DNA from: Candidatus Multivorans sp.
GTDB taxonomy: Bacteria > Acidobacteriota > Thermoanaerobaculia > Multivoradales > Multivoraceae
Direction of reading: 5' to 3'
DNA length: 64,000 nucleotides
NCBI GenBank assembly: GCA_965247095.1
Contig: OZ251997.1
Span: 2,592,001 to 2,656,000, forward strand
Shown: one piece after another, positions 17,570-27,372 of the stretch
Numbering within the stretch: position 1 is the stretch's first letter
Layout of the letters: each line of letters begins with the position of its first letter
Position numbers and translations under genes: made by a program
Notes under the pieces: generated by a model
Told to the model about the DNA's origin: nothing
Database searches by the model: none
What the model saw: the letters and a program-made list of their open reading frames with translations, nothing else

Positions 17570-20424
17570 CAGCGAGCGCGGGCGGCGCAAAACCGCCCGC
17601 ACGCCGGCGCTACCGACCGGCGATCGGCCCCAGGCTGAAACCGCTCCTGTGGGTGGTCTTCGGACTGTTCGCTCTGCTGGCGGTGAACTCGTTCTACCTC
17701 TCCGGCGTTCGCGTTGCCGAGGCGGCAACCGGCGCGACCTACCAGAACTGGTTCTACATCTCGATGTTTCTGCTTCACTTGGCGGTGGGGGGATTGTTCG
17801 TGGCGCCGGTGATCTGGTTCGGTCTGGCGCACATGCGGAACGCGCGCAATCGACCCAACCGGCGCGCGGTGAAGGTGGGGTATGCGCTGTTCGGGACGGC
17901 GCTCGTGCTCCTTCTGAGCGGCATCGTGCTGACGCGGATCGAGGGTGTGATCACGGTGAACGACCCGGCGGTCCGCGGCGTGGCCTACTGGCTGCACGTC
18001 CTGGCGCCCCTGGTAGCGGCCTGGCTGTTCGTGCTGCACCGGCTCGCCGGCAAGCGAATCAACTGGCGGATCGGTGCGCGCGTCGCGGCCGCCGCCGTGG
18101 TTCTGGTCGGCGTGGCGCTGGTGCTGCAGTTCCAGGATCCGCGGGCGTGGAACGTGGAAGGTCCGGAGTCGGGAGAGCAGTACTTCTTCCCGGCCCTGGC
18201 GCGCACCGCGAGCGGCGGGTTCATCCCCGAGCGGGTGTTGATGAACGACGCCTACTGCGTGGACTGCCATGCCGACATCCACGCTCGCTGGACCTACAGC
18301 GCCCACCGCTTCAGCTCCTTCAACAACCCCGCCTACAGTTTCTCCGTCCAGGAGACCCGCGACAAGGCGTACGAGCGTTCGGGCGACGTGCAGGCGTCCC
18401 GCTTCTGCGCCGGCTGCCACGATCCGGTGGTGTTCTTCTCGGGCGCCTTCGACGACCCGGAGTTCGACGTCGAGCAGCCGGCCGCGCACGCCGGCATCAC
18501 CTGCACGTCCTGCCACGCGATTACGCACATCAACAGTCCCCGCGGCAACGCCGACTACACGATCGAGGAGCCCCAGCACTACCCGTTTGCCTTCAGCGAC
18601 TCAGGGTTCCTCAAGTTCGTCAACCATCAACTGGTCAAGGCGAAACCGGAACTGCACAAACGGACCTTCCTCAAGCCCCTGCACACGACGGCGGAGTTCT
18701 GCGGCGCCTGCCACAAGGTCCACCTGCCCGAGGAGTTGAATCACTACAAGTTCCTGCGCGGCCAGAACCACTACGACTCGCACCTTCTCTCCGGCGTCTC
18801 GGGCCACGGCGTGGCGAGCTTCTACTACCCGCCCGAGGCCGAGCCGAACTGCAACGGCTGCCACATGGACCTGCTGCCGTCGGACGACTTCGGTTCTCGC
18901 CGCCACCCGGAGAGCGACCAGCCTGATGTCACCCAGGTTCACGATCACCTGTTCCCGTCCGCGAACACCGGCATCCCCCATCTGCTCGACTTCCCGGACT
19001 GGGTGATCGAGGCCCACCGCGAGTTCAACGAGGGCGCCGTCGACGTGGACATCTTCGGCGTCAAGCCGGGCGGCGCGATCGAGGACGAGCTGATCGCGCC
19101 GGTGCGCCCCGAGATACCGGCCCTCGAGGCGGGCGAGGACTATCTGCTGGAGGTCGTTGTACGCACCGTTGCCTTGGGGCATCACCTGACCCAGGGCACC
19201 GTTGACTCCAACCAGCTCTGGCTGGACATCGCGGTGCGCGACGACAGCGGCCGGCTGGTGGGGCGGAGCGGCGGTTTGGGCGAGGGCAACCGGGTCGACC
19301 CCTGGTCGCACTTCATCAACGTCTACATGCTCGACCGCGAGGGCGCGCGGATCGATCGCCGCAACGCCGAGGACATCTTCGTGCCGCTGTACGACCATCA
19401 GATCCCGCCGGGGGCGGGCGACGTGGTCCACTACCGGATGGAAGTACCGCCAGGGGCGGCCACCGGCAGCCTGACGGTCGAGGCCGCGCTCCGCTACCGC
19501 AAGTTCGACACGACGTACCTGCGCTACATCTACGGCGAGGACACGGTGAACGAACTGCCGATTCTCGACCTGGCCCGGGACACGGTGACCTTCCCGGTGG
19601 CGGGCGCCTCCGCCCCTGGGCACGCGGGCGTCTCGCCCGCATCCGGTCCGGAGGTCCGCCAACCCGCCAAGCCTCTCTGGCAGCGCTGGAACGACTACGG
19701 CATCGGCCTGCTGCGCAAGGGCGGCACCGGTCGCGGCGAACTGCGGCAGGCGATCGAAGCCTTCACCCGGGTCGAGGAGTTGGGCCGTCCCGACGGACCG
19801 CTCAACCTCGCCCGCGTCTACCTGGCGCAGGGCACCGTCACCGACGACGCGATCGCGGCGCTCGAGCGGGCCGCCACCTTCGACCCGGCGGCGCCGGCGT
19901 GGTCGGTGGCCTGGTTCACCGGGCTGGTCAACTTCCAGAACGGCGCCGTCGACGAGGCGATCGCCAACTTCCGCTCGATCCTCGACGCCGACAGCGAGGA
20001 GATGCGACGCCGCGGCTTCGACTTCAGCCGCGACGTGCGGCTGCAGAACCAGCTCGGTCTGGCTCTGTTCGAGCGCGCCAAGCGCGAGCGGGGCCCTGCC
20101 CGCGCCGAGGCGCGCGCGGCGCGGCTCAACGAGGCGCGGGAGTCGTTCGAGAGCGCTCTGGTCATCGACCCGGAGAACGTGACCGCCCACTACAACCTGG
20201 GTCTGATCTACGGCCAGCTTGGCGATCGCGAGGGCGCCGCCCGGCACCAGGAACTTCATGCGAAGTACAAGCCTGACGACAACGCCCGGGACCGGGCGAT
20301 CGCCACGGCCAGACGCGCCGACGCGGCGGCCGATCACGCGGCGGAGGCGATCGTGATCTACGACCTGCACCGGCCCGAGCGCTTCGAAGGCGACCGGGCC
20401 GGGGTCGCCGGAGCGGGCGGTTGA
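17566..20424 (+). CDS. Membrane-anchored multiheme c-type cytochrome with C-terminal TPRs
   Basis: About 5 N-terminal TM helices with His residues; five CxxCH (CVDCH, CAGCH, CTSCH, CGACH, CNGCH); TPR-like RWNDYGIGLL and AHYNLGLIY. Confidence 0.88.
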   Translation: MTASAGGAKPPARRRYRPAIGPRLKPLLWVVFGLFALLAVNSFYLSGVRVAEAATGATYQNWFYISMFLLHLAVGGLFVAPVIWFGLAHMRNARNRPNRRAVKVGYALFGTALVLLLSGIVLTRIEGVITVNDPAVRGVAYWLHVLAPLVAAWLFVLHRLAGKRINWRIGARVAAAAVVLVGVALVLQFQDPRAWNVEGPESGEQYFFPALARTASGGFIPERVLMNDAYCVDCHADIHARWTYSAHRFSSFNNPAYSFSVQETRDKAYERSGDVQASRFCAGCHDPVVFFSGAFDDPEFDVEQPAAHAGITCTSCHAITHINSPRGNADYTIEEPQHYPFAFSDSGFLKFVNHQLVKAKPELHKRTFLKPLHTTAEFCGACHKVHLPEELNHYKFLRGQNHYDSHLLSGVSGHGVASFYYPPEAEPNCNGCHMDLLPSDDFGSRRHPESDQPDVTQVHDHLFPSANTGIPHLLDFPDWVIEAHREFNEGAVDVDIFGVKPGGAIEDELIAPVRPEIPALEAGEDYLLEVVVRTVALGHHLTQGTVDSNQLWLDIAVRDDSGRLVGRSGGLGEGNRVDPWSHFINVYMLDREGARIDRRNAEDIFVPLYDHQIPPGAGDVVHYRMEVPPGAATGSLTVEAALRYRKFDTTYLRYIYGEDTVNELPILDLARDTVTFPVAGASAPGHAGVSPASGPEVRQPAKPLWQRWNDYGIGLLRKGGTGRGELRQAIEAFTRVEELGRPDGPLNLARVYLAQGTVTDDAIAALERAATFDPAAPAWSVAWFTGLVNFQNGAVDEAIANFRSILDADSEEMRRRGFDFSRDVRLQNQLGLALFERAKRERGPARAEARAARLNEARESFESALVIDPENVTAHYNLGLIYGQLGDREGAARHQELHAKYKPDDNARDRAIATARRADAAADHAAEAIVIYDLHRPERFEGDRAGVAGAGG
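19615..19646 (+). repeat. REP-like palindrome inside a CDS
   Basis: CCTGGGCACGCGGGCGTCTCGCCCGCATCCGG matches the intergenic repeats at 36629, 38458, 42665 and 43223. Confidence 0.8.
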
Positions 20425-22286
20425 CTCCCGACCGGCCGGACGAAGAACTCGTAGCCGAGGACGACGCGGTCATCGGCCGCGTATTCGCTCGTTCCCTCAA
20501 GGTACTGGCGGCGCTGGCCGTTGCCGCGCTTCTCGTGTTCGCGCTCCGTGTCGTCTTCCGGGCGGCGCCCGAGGAGGCGAGGGAGATCCCGGTCGAGGCG
20601 CCGCGGGCCGTGGCGGCGGCGCCGGAGGTTCCGGTCATCTCCTTCACGGACGTCACGGCGGAGGCCGGCATCGACTTCGTCCATGTCAACGGCGCCGAGG
20701 GCGATGCCCTGTTGCCGGAGACGATGGGTTCGGGCGCGGCCTTCTTCGACTTCGACCGCGACAGCGACCAGGACCTGCTGCTGGTCAACTCGACCGGGTG
20801 GAAGGCGGCGCCGGAGACCGGCCCGACGATGGCGCTGTACGAGAACGACGGCGCCGGGCGGTTTGCCGACCGGACCGCCGCACTCGGTCTGGCGACGAGC
20901 TTCTACGGCACCGGCGTTGCGGTCGGCGACGTGGACAGCGACGGCTGGGTCGATCTGTTCATCTCCGCGGTGGGGCCGAACCGCCTGTTCCGGAACGTGG
21001 AAGGAGCTCGCTTCGAGGACGTGACCGTGAGGGCGGGCGTGGCCGGCGCCGCCTCGGAGTGGAGCAGCAGCAGCGCCTTCTTCGACGCGGACGGAGACGG
21101 CGACCTCGACCTCCTGGTCGGCAACTACGTGCGCTGGTCGCGCGAGATCGACATCGAGGTCGGCTACCAGTTGACCGGAGTTGGGCGCGCCTACGGGCAG
21201 CCGGTCAACTACGGCGGCACGACCATGGACCTCTACCGGAACGACGGCTCGGGCGTCTTCGTCGATGTCTCGGAGGATGCCGGATTGCACATCCTGAACC
21301 CGGCCTCGGATGCGCCGGTGGCGAAGACGCTGGGGCTGGCGCCGGTCGACATCGAGGGCGACGGCGATGTCGACGTGCTGGTCGCGAACGACACGGTGCG
21401 GAACTTCCTGCTCGTGAACGACGGCAGCGGCGTCTTCACCGAGGAGGGAGGGAACTACGGCCTGGCCTACAGCCGCGACGGCGCGGCGACCGGCGCGATG
21501 GGCGCCGATGCCGCCGATTTCCGCAACGACGGCGAACTCGGCTTCGCGATCGCGAACTTCGCCAACGAGATGACCTCGCTCTACGTCTCCCAGGGCGATC
21601 CGACGCTGTTCAGCGACGAGGCGATCACCGCCGGCATCGGCGCGCCGAGCCGCCGCGTGCTCAGCTTCGGCCTCTTCTTCTTCGACTACGACCTGGACGG
21701 CCGGTTGGACCTGCTCCAGGTCAACGGCCATCTCGAGGACGACATTGAGGTCGTGGAACCCAGCCAGCGCTACCGGCAGCCGCCGCAGTTGTTCTGGAAC
21801 GCCGGCTCAGGAGCGGCGTCGACCTTCGTGCCGGTCACGCCGGCGCCCGGCGACGGTCTGACCCGCGAGCTGGTCGGCCGGGGCTCGACCTACGCCGACA
21901 TCGACGGCGACGGCGACCTGGACATCCTGCTGCTCCAGACCGGCGACCGGCCGCTGCTGCTGCGCAACGACCAGAAGACCGGCCACCGCTGGCTGCGGTT
22001 CCGTTTGCGCGGCGACGGCGAGCGCGTCAACCGCGACGCGATCGGTTCCTGGGTTGAGGTCGAAGAGCGGACCACGGCTGGGCCTGTGGTGCAGCGGCGC
22101 CGCGTCATGCCGACCCGCAGCTACCAGAGCCAGGTCGAGCCGGTGGTGACGATCGGCCTGGGCGCCGCGTCGTCGGTCGACGACCTGGTGCGGATCGACG
22201 TGGTCTGGCCCGACGGTACCCGGCAGGCAGTCGAAGTCAACGGCCTCGACCGGGTCGTCGAGGTCGAGTACGGGTCTCCGAACTAG
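20421..22286 (+). CDS. CRTAC1-family protein (FG-GAP/VCBS repeats plus ASPIC/UnbV)
   Basis: FTDVTAEAGIDFVH, ETMGSGAAFFDFD, repeated DxDGDGDLD, NRDAIGS, SYQSQ. Confidence 0.92.
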   Translation: MTPDRPDEELVAEDDAVIGRVFARSLKVLAALAVAALLVFALRVVFRAAPEEAREIPVEAPRAVAAAPEVPVISFTDVTAEAGIDFVHVNGAEGDALLPETMGSGAAFFDFDRDSDQDLLLVNSTGWKAAPETGPTMALYENDGAGRFADRTAALGLATSFYGTGVAVGDVDSDGWVDLFISAVGPNRLFRNVEGARFEDVTVRAGVAGAASEWSSSSAFFDADGDGDLDLLVGNYVRWSREIDIEVGYQLTGVGRAYGQPVNYGGTTMDLYRNDGSGVFVDVSEDAGLHILNPASDAPVAKTLGLAPVDIEGDGDVDVLVANDTVRNFLLVNDGSGVFTEEGGNYGLAYSRDGAATGAMGADAADFRNDGELGFAIANFANEMTSLYVSQGDPTLFSDEAITAGIGAPSRRVLSFGLFFFDYDLDGRLDLLQVNGHLEDDIEVVEPSQRYRQPPQLFWNAGSGAASTFVPVTPAPGDGLTRELVGRGSTYADIDGDGDLDILLLQTGDRPLLLRNDQKTGHRWLRFRLRGDGERVNRDAIGSWVEVEERTTAGPVVQRRRVMPTRSYQSQVEPVVTIGLGAASSVDDLVRIDVVWPDGTRQAVEVNGLDRVVEVEYGSPN

Positions 22287-22309
22287 CTGCTAGCCATAGC
22301 CAGGGCACC

Positions 22310-22757
22310 GGGAACCCGGGTCATCGACCTTGCCGGCGCCTACGTGCTGCCGGGTCTGTGGAACAACCACTCCCATCTCGGCGACCTGCTGCCGGACCCG
22401 AAGGGCCTGCTGCCCAACGAACCGCTGCTTCGGGCCTCGATTCGCGCCGGCCGCAACGCGATGCACGCGCTCAAGGCCGGGATTCTCGAGATCGAGCAGC
22501 TCGCCTTCCACGGAATTCCGGCCATGGGCGCCATCCAGGCCGCGACCCGAAACAGCGCCGAGATGATGGGAATGCTGGACGATCTGGGCACGGTCGAGGT
22601 CGGCAAGCTGGCCGATCTGATCGTGCTCGAGAAGAACCCGCTCGAGCACATCTCGCACATGCGCAGCCTGTCCATGGTGATCAAGGACGGCAAGATCGTG
22701 AATCGCTCGAGAGACGAGGGGCAGGCCAGCTTCTGGGAGCTCTACCTGCAGGAGTGA
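22310..22757 (+). pseudogene. Amidohydrolase remnant with large internal deletion
   Basis: The N-terminal motif VIDLAGAYVLPGLWNNHSH is joined after about 40 aa to the C-terminal AIQAATRNSAE..LGTVEVGKLADLIVL; the middle of the barrel is missing. Confidence 0.75.
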
Positions 22758-22952
22758 GGAGCGGCGCGGTGAACCTACCGCCCGGACGACGTGCCCGAGG
22801 TGTTCCGGGAGCACTTCGTCAAGTACACGTACTTCGAAGGGCCGAACGGCAAGCGGATCCACATCCTGGCTTCGGACGGCTGGACCCGCGACCAGATCAA
22901 GCACGGCCGCAACGTGATGCGGTCCGCAGGAGGAGTCGGGTACCGTTGCGGC

Positions 22953-23552
22953 ATGCAGGAAGCCAGCGAACGCCTTGCGCAGCAGATTCGGTTTCTGGTC
23001 GAAGCCGACCGCCTCAAGCAGGTGCTGCGGCGCACCTCCATCGTTGGAAACGACCGCCGGGAGAACTCCGCGGAGCACTCGTGGCAGTTGGCCTTGATGG
23101 CCCTGGTGCTGGCGGAACACGCGGCCTTCAAGGGGCTCGATCAGCTCAAGGTGCTCAAGATGCTGGTCGTGCACGATCTGGTGGAGATCGATGCCGGCGA
23201 TACGTTCGTCTACGACGCGGTGGGTGTAGAGGACCAGGAGGAGCGCGAGGAGCGTGCTGCCGACCGCATCTTCGGGCTGTTGCCGGACGAGACGGGGGCC
23301 GAGTTGCGCGCCCTCTGGGACGAGTTCGAGGCGCGGCAGAGTCCGGAAGCGAAGTTCGCCAAGGCGATGGACCGCCTGCAGCCGATGCTGCTCAACTACG
23401 TGAACGGCGGCGGTGTCTGGCGGAAGCACGGCGTGCGGGCGGACCAGGTACGGGAGATCAACTGCTGTATCGAAGATGGCGCGCCCGAGCTGTGGCGTTA
23501 CGCCGAGGAACTGATCGAAGACGCGGTACGGCGCGAGTACCTGGCCCCTTGA
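22953..23552 (+). CDS. HD-domain hydrolase (HDDC2/YfbR-like 5'-deoxynucleotidase family)
   Basis: DRLKQVLRRT, RENSAEHSW, VHDLVEIDAGD, EAKFAKAMDRLQP. The ORF extension to 22791 looks like an unrelated fragment. Confidence 0.88.
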   Translation: MQEASERLAQQIRFLVEADRLKQVLRRTSIVGNDRRENSAEHSWQLALMALVLAEHAAFKGLDQLKVLKMLVVHDLVEIDAGDTFVYDAVGVEDQEEREERAADRIFGLLPDETGAELRALWDEFEARQSPEAKFAKAMDRLQPMLLNYVNGGGVWRKHGVRADQVREINCCIEDGAPELWRYAEELIEDAVRREYLAP

Positions 23553-23636
23553 GGCCGCCGCGAGCCGGCCGCCACGGCCTGACCGGGCGCGGATGACGCA
23601 ACAAGAGCAGCTATGACGCCGCAAGGAGGACGAACC

Positions 23637-24254
23637 ATGAAGCCTCGAAACTGCCAACGTCTCGCCTCGGTGCTGTTGGTCTGCGTGATCGTTGTTGCCT
23701 GCGGCGCGGCGCCGGACGAAGGCGCTGGCGCCGCCGATGCGACCGAGCCGGCGACAAGCGAACTCGCCTGGGTCAAGAAGGTGATGGTCCACGGCGTTCC
23801 GATCCTGGCGGAGACGATTCGGGCCGGCCTGACGCCGCGCGAGATCATTCGGGACTACACCCGCAAGTTCGAGGAGGCCGGGATCGTCGTCCGCGACAAC
23901 CAGCTCCACATGGTGACCCCGAAGAACGACTTCCCGGCCTATGCGACCGGCTTCGACGCCGCGAAGACCCACATCTCGATCGACTCCCACGGGCAGATGA
24001 AGGGCGCCCGCCCCGAGTCGGTCGAGACCTACTTCGGCCCCCGGATCGGCTCCCTGGGCCCGGATTGGTCGAAGGAGATCCCGCTCGCTCCGTACCACCA
24101 CTTCGTCATCGAGTACTTCTTCTACATGCCTTCGCCGGCGCCCGAGGGGCAGGACCAGTACCTCCTGTGGTGGGACCACGAGGAAGCGTTGGCGACGGAG
24201 GACGGCATCGAGTACCTGTCGCCGCCGCAGAAGGAACTCATCCTGGTCCGCTGA
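23637..24254 (+). CDS. Hypothetical lipoprotein, possibly a chimeric remnant ending in an M24-peptidase-like C-terminus
   Basis: AGGAGG RBS, lipobox VVAC, then an abrupt change to ETIRAGLTPRE...IDSHG...VIEY...HEE. Confidence 0.45.
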   Translation: MKPRNCQRLASVLLVCVIVVACGAAPDEGAGAADATEPATSELAWVKKVMVHGVPILAETIRAGLTPREIIRDYTRKFEEAGIVVRDNQLHMVTPKNDFPAYATGFDAAKTHISIDSHGQMKGARPESVETYFGPRIGSLGPDWSKEIPLAPYHHFVIEYFFYMPSPAPEGQDQYLLWWDHEEALATEDGIEYLSPPQKELILVR

Positions 24255-25733
24255 TCACACCAGCAACTTCTCCAGCCGCGCCACCACGTCCGGCTTGGCG
24301 GCGGCGATGTTCTCGTCCTCGAGCGGGTCCGCCTCCAGGTCGAACAGCTCCTTCTCCTCCTGGAAGCCGTCGACCAGCTTGTAGCGGTGGTCCTGGACCA
24401 GGCGGAAGCGCCCGCTCGCTGCGTTACCCGACTGGAGAGCGGAGCGGACGTACTCGCGGTGCTCGCCCGCACCGGCATCGAGCAGCGGGCGCAGTGACCG
24501 GCTCTGCATCTCCTCGGGAACCCCGGCCTCGCCATAGTCCAGGCTGGTCGCGGCCAGGTCCATCAGCGAGACGAGCGCGTCGCTGCGGACGCCGCTGGCG
24601 ATACCCGGCCCGGCCATGACCATGGGGACCTTCCATGAGGCCTCATGGGGCAGGCCCTTGCCCCAGTAGTCGTGGTCGCCGAGCATCTCGCCGTGGTCGC
24701 TGGTGTAGATCACGATCGTGTCCTCCAGTTCGCCACGCTCGGTCAACCGCTCCTGGTAGAGCCCGATCCAGCGGTCGATGTTCTCGATCATCGCCGCGTA
24801 GTTCTGGCGGATGCGGATGTGATGTTCCGGCGTGAACGGAGACGGCGGCGCCAGCATTTGTCCAACGCGCGCAATGCCCTGGTAGTTGTGCGGCTGCGGG
24901 AAGTCCTCGATCACCCGATCCGGCCCTCGGTACTCCCGTTCCATGCGCTCGGTGATGTCCATGGGCGGATGCGGCCCGTTGAAGTTCACGTGCAGGAACC
25001 AGGGGCTTCCGTCGGGGACGCCGTCGAGCAGCTCCATGCCGGTGCGCGCCGTGTAGTTGTCCTTGTAGGCGTGGTCGCCGATCGGTGTCGGGTCCGTCAT
25101 CCCCCACCAGTTGACGTGCCGGGGAAGGCGCCGCTCGCTGATGTCCGCGTTGTGGATGTCCTTGAGCGGCGGGTCGAGCGAATCGAGCCAGAACCCGTAG
25201 GGCTCCGTGTCTCCGCCGTTCTTGCTGCCGGTGATCAGCATGTCGGAGAAGCCCCACTCCTCCATGTGCAGCTTCCCGTCCGGACGCCGGCCGTCGGGAC
25301 CCTTGTGGAGATCGATCTTGCCGCAGCCCATCGTGTGGTAGCCGCTGTCGTGGAGGTGCTTGAAGAAGGTCGGCCGGAGCGCCGCGTTGTACTCGTCGCG
25401 GTTCCGTTCGACGGTGCAGTTCTCGTACTCCATGCCGGACGCCAGGCACGACCGCGAGGGTCCGCACACCGGCGCCGGCACGACCGCCTGGGTGAAGTCG
25501 ACGCCCCGGGACGCTAAGGCGTCCAGGTGCGGCGTCGGCACCGGAATGTCCGGGTTCCGCCCCACCCAGTCGAACCGGTGCTGGTCCGAGATGAGAAGCA
25601 GGATGTTCGGGCGCTTGATGGCCCGTGGCCCCGGTGTCTGCGCGCCGCCGCAGCCGGTGAGAGCGGCCGCGGTTGCCGCGGCGCCGGCAGTCAGAACCTC
25701 GCGGCGGGAGAGAAGGTGGTTGCGACGGTTCAT
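24255..25733 (-). CDS. Tat-exported sulfatase (choline-sulfatase-like)
   Basis: SRREVL Tat motif, LTGC lipobox, PNILLLISDQHR, CGPSRSCL, TSDHGEMLG. Confidence 0.92.
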   Translation of the reverse strand: MNRRNHLLSRREVLTAGAAATAAALTGCGGAQTPGPRAIKRPNILLLISDQHRFDWVGRNPDIPVPTPHLDALASRGVDFTQAVVPAPVCGPSRSCLASGMEYENCTVERNRDEYNAALRPTFFKHLHDSGYHTMGCGKIDLHKGPDGRRPDGKLHMEEWGFSDMLITGSKNGGDTEPYGFWLDSLDPPLKDIHNADISERRLPRHVNWWGMTDPTPIGDHAYKDNYTARTGMELLDGVPDGSPWFLHVNFNGPHPPMDITERMEREYRGPDRVIEDFPQPHNYQGIARVGQMLAPPSPFTPEHHIRIRQNYAAMIENIDRWIGLYQERLTERGELEDTIVIYTSDHGEMLGDHDYWGKGLPHEASWKVPMVMAGPGIASGVRSDALVSLMDLAATSLDYGEAGVPEEMQSRSLRPLLDAGAGEHREYVRSALQSGNAASGRFRLVQDHRYKLVDGFQEEKELFDLEADPLEDENIAAAKPDVVARLEKLLV

Positions 25734-25849
25734 GTCGACTCCTTGCCTGGCAGCTACGGCCTGTCTATTCTTGTGGGAACTTCCTACAATGTTAGCAGGC
25801 GGTGGTTGTGTCTCGTTGAGATCCGACGCCGGCGCTGGAGGTAAGCGGC

Positions 25850-27322
25850 ATGAGCGACAAGAGCACCCGGCGCAAGTTCCTGCGCCAGTCGTCGACCCTG
25901 GTCGCCGGCAGCGGTCTGGCGGGTCTCGCCGCCTGTGCCGATCCGAACTCCCAGATACCGGCCGACGCCGCGGGACGCCGGCCGAACTTCCTGTTCTTCT
26001 TTCCCGATCAGCACCGGTACGACTGGATCGGTCTCGACAACTACGCAGTACCGCTGTCGACGCCGCACATGGCACGGCTCGCGCGGACCGGGGTCAACTT
26101 CACCTCCGCCGTGTGCGCGGCGCCGACCTGCGCTCCCTCGCGCGCCTGCCTCGCGTCCGGCATGGAGTACGACCGCTGCGGTGTGCCGGACAACAGCTAC
26201 GACTATCTCGTCGACCGGCCCACCTACTACGGTCTGCTCCGCGATGCGGGCTACCACACGATGGCCTGCGGCAAGCTCGATCTATCCAAGGGGAGCAGCG
26301 ACTGGGGGCTCGAGGGAACGAACCGCGCCGACGCCTGGGGCTTCTCGGCGATGATCAACAACGCCGGCAAGGGCGCGGGCATGTCCTACCTGCGGGAACC
26401 GGTCGGTCCGAGTGACCCGTACTACGGCTTTCTGGACGCTCTCGAACCGCCGCAGGGGCGGCTCTGCGCCGAGGACATGGCCCGGCGCAACGCCACCAGG
26501 CCGGAGGGTTGGTGGGGAGACACAAGCCCCTCACCCCTCGACCCGGACGCCTACTGCGACAACTGGCTCGCCCGCAACGGCCTCGACCTCCTCGATCAGG
26601 CGCCGGCCGACAAGCCCTGGCACCTGGTGGTGAACTTCGTCGGTCCACACCCGCCGATGGACATCACGCGGGAGATGGAGCGCAAGGTGCGTGGCCAGGA
26701 ACGCGTCCTCGACGGACTGGGCCTGCCGCACCACTACACCGGCTCGTTCACGGCCGAGCAGCACCTGGGCTCGCGCCAGAACTACGCCGCGATGATCGAG
26801 AACATCGACATGTGGCTTGGCCTGTACGTCGACATGCTGGAGGAGAAGGGGCAGCTCGACAACACCATCATCGTCTACTCCTCCGATCACGGCGAGATGC
26901 TCGGCGAGCACGGGCGCTGGGGCAAGGGGGTGCCGTACCGGGCATCTGTCGGCGTGCCGCTGCTCCTGGCGGGACCCGGAGTCCGGCAAGGCTTCCAGAC
27001 TGGCACGCCGGTCTCGATCATGGACCTCGCGGCGACCTTCCTCGACTACGGCGGCGTAGACGTCCCGGGCGAGATGGATAGCCGCTCGCTCCGGCCGTTG
27101 CTCGAAGGCTCGACCGACAGCCACCGCGAGGTCGTGCTCTCCGGCCTGCGGGACTTCAGGATGGCGTGGGACGGCCGCTACAAGCTGGTCCGTGACTACG
27201 GCGACGAAGAGTGGCGGCTGTGGGACCTTCTGGCCGACCCGGAGGAGTCGCGGAACCTGGCTTCCTGGCAGCCGGACCAGGTGCGACGGCTGAGGGAGTG
27301 GTTGCCGCAGCGGCGCGCCTGA
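25850..27322 (+). CDS. Tat-exported sulfatase, paralog of the divergent neighbour
   Basis: TRRKFL Tat motif, LAAC lipobox, PNFLFFFPDQHR, CAPSRACL, SSDHGEMLG. Confidence 0.92.
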   Translation: MSDKSTRRKFLRQSSTLVAGSGLAGLAACADPNSQIPADAAGRRPNFLFFFPDQHRYDWIGLDNYAVPLSTPHMARLARTGVNFTSAVCAAPTCAPSRACLASGMEYDRCGVPDNSYDYLVDRPTYYGLLRDAGYHTMACGKLDLSKGSSDWGLEGTNRADAWGFSAMINNAGKGAGMSYLREPVGPSDPYYGFLDALEPPQGRLCAEDMARRNATRPEGWWGDTSPSPLDPDAYCDNWLARNGLDLLDQAPADKPWHLVVNFVGPHPPMDITREMERKVRGQERVLDGLGLPHHYTGSFTAEQHLGSRQNYAAMIENIDMWLGLYVDMLEEKGQLDNTIIVYSSDHGEMLGEHGRWGKGVPYRASVGVPLLLAGPGVRQGFQTGTPVSIMDLAATFLDYGGVDVPGEMDSRSLRPLLEGSTDSHREVVLSGLRDFRMAWDGRYKLVRDYGDEEWRLWDLLADPEESRNLASWQPDQVRRLREWLPQRRA

Positions 27323-27349
27323 GGGTCCGAGGGCTCGGTTCGATCCTGG

Positions 27350-27372
27350 GCCGACGTGTCCAGGTGGACCAT
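27350..27372 (-). pseudogene. Stub of a VapC/PIN toxin (MVHLDTS...)
   Basis: TGATG overlap with the antitoxin stop. The first residues match a PIN start (hhLDTS) and similarity then ends. Confidence 0.5.

Noticed and set aside
12783-17728. Very long antisense ORFs (12783..15692, 15521..17728 and similar ones elsewhere, such as 57800..59701)
   Set aside because: Shadow frames of well-supported genes in high-GC DNA, with no recognisable motifs
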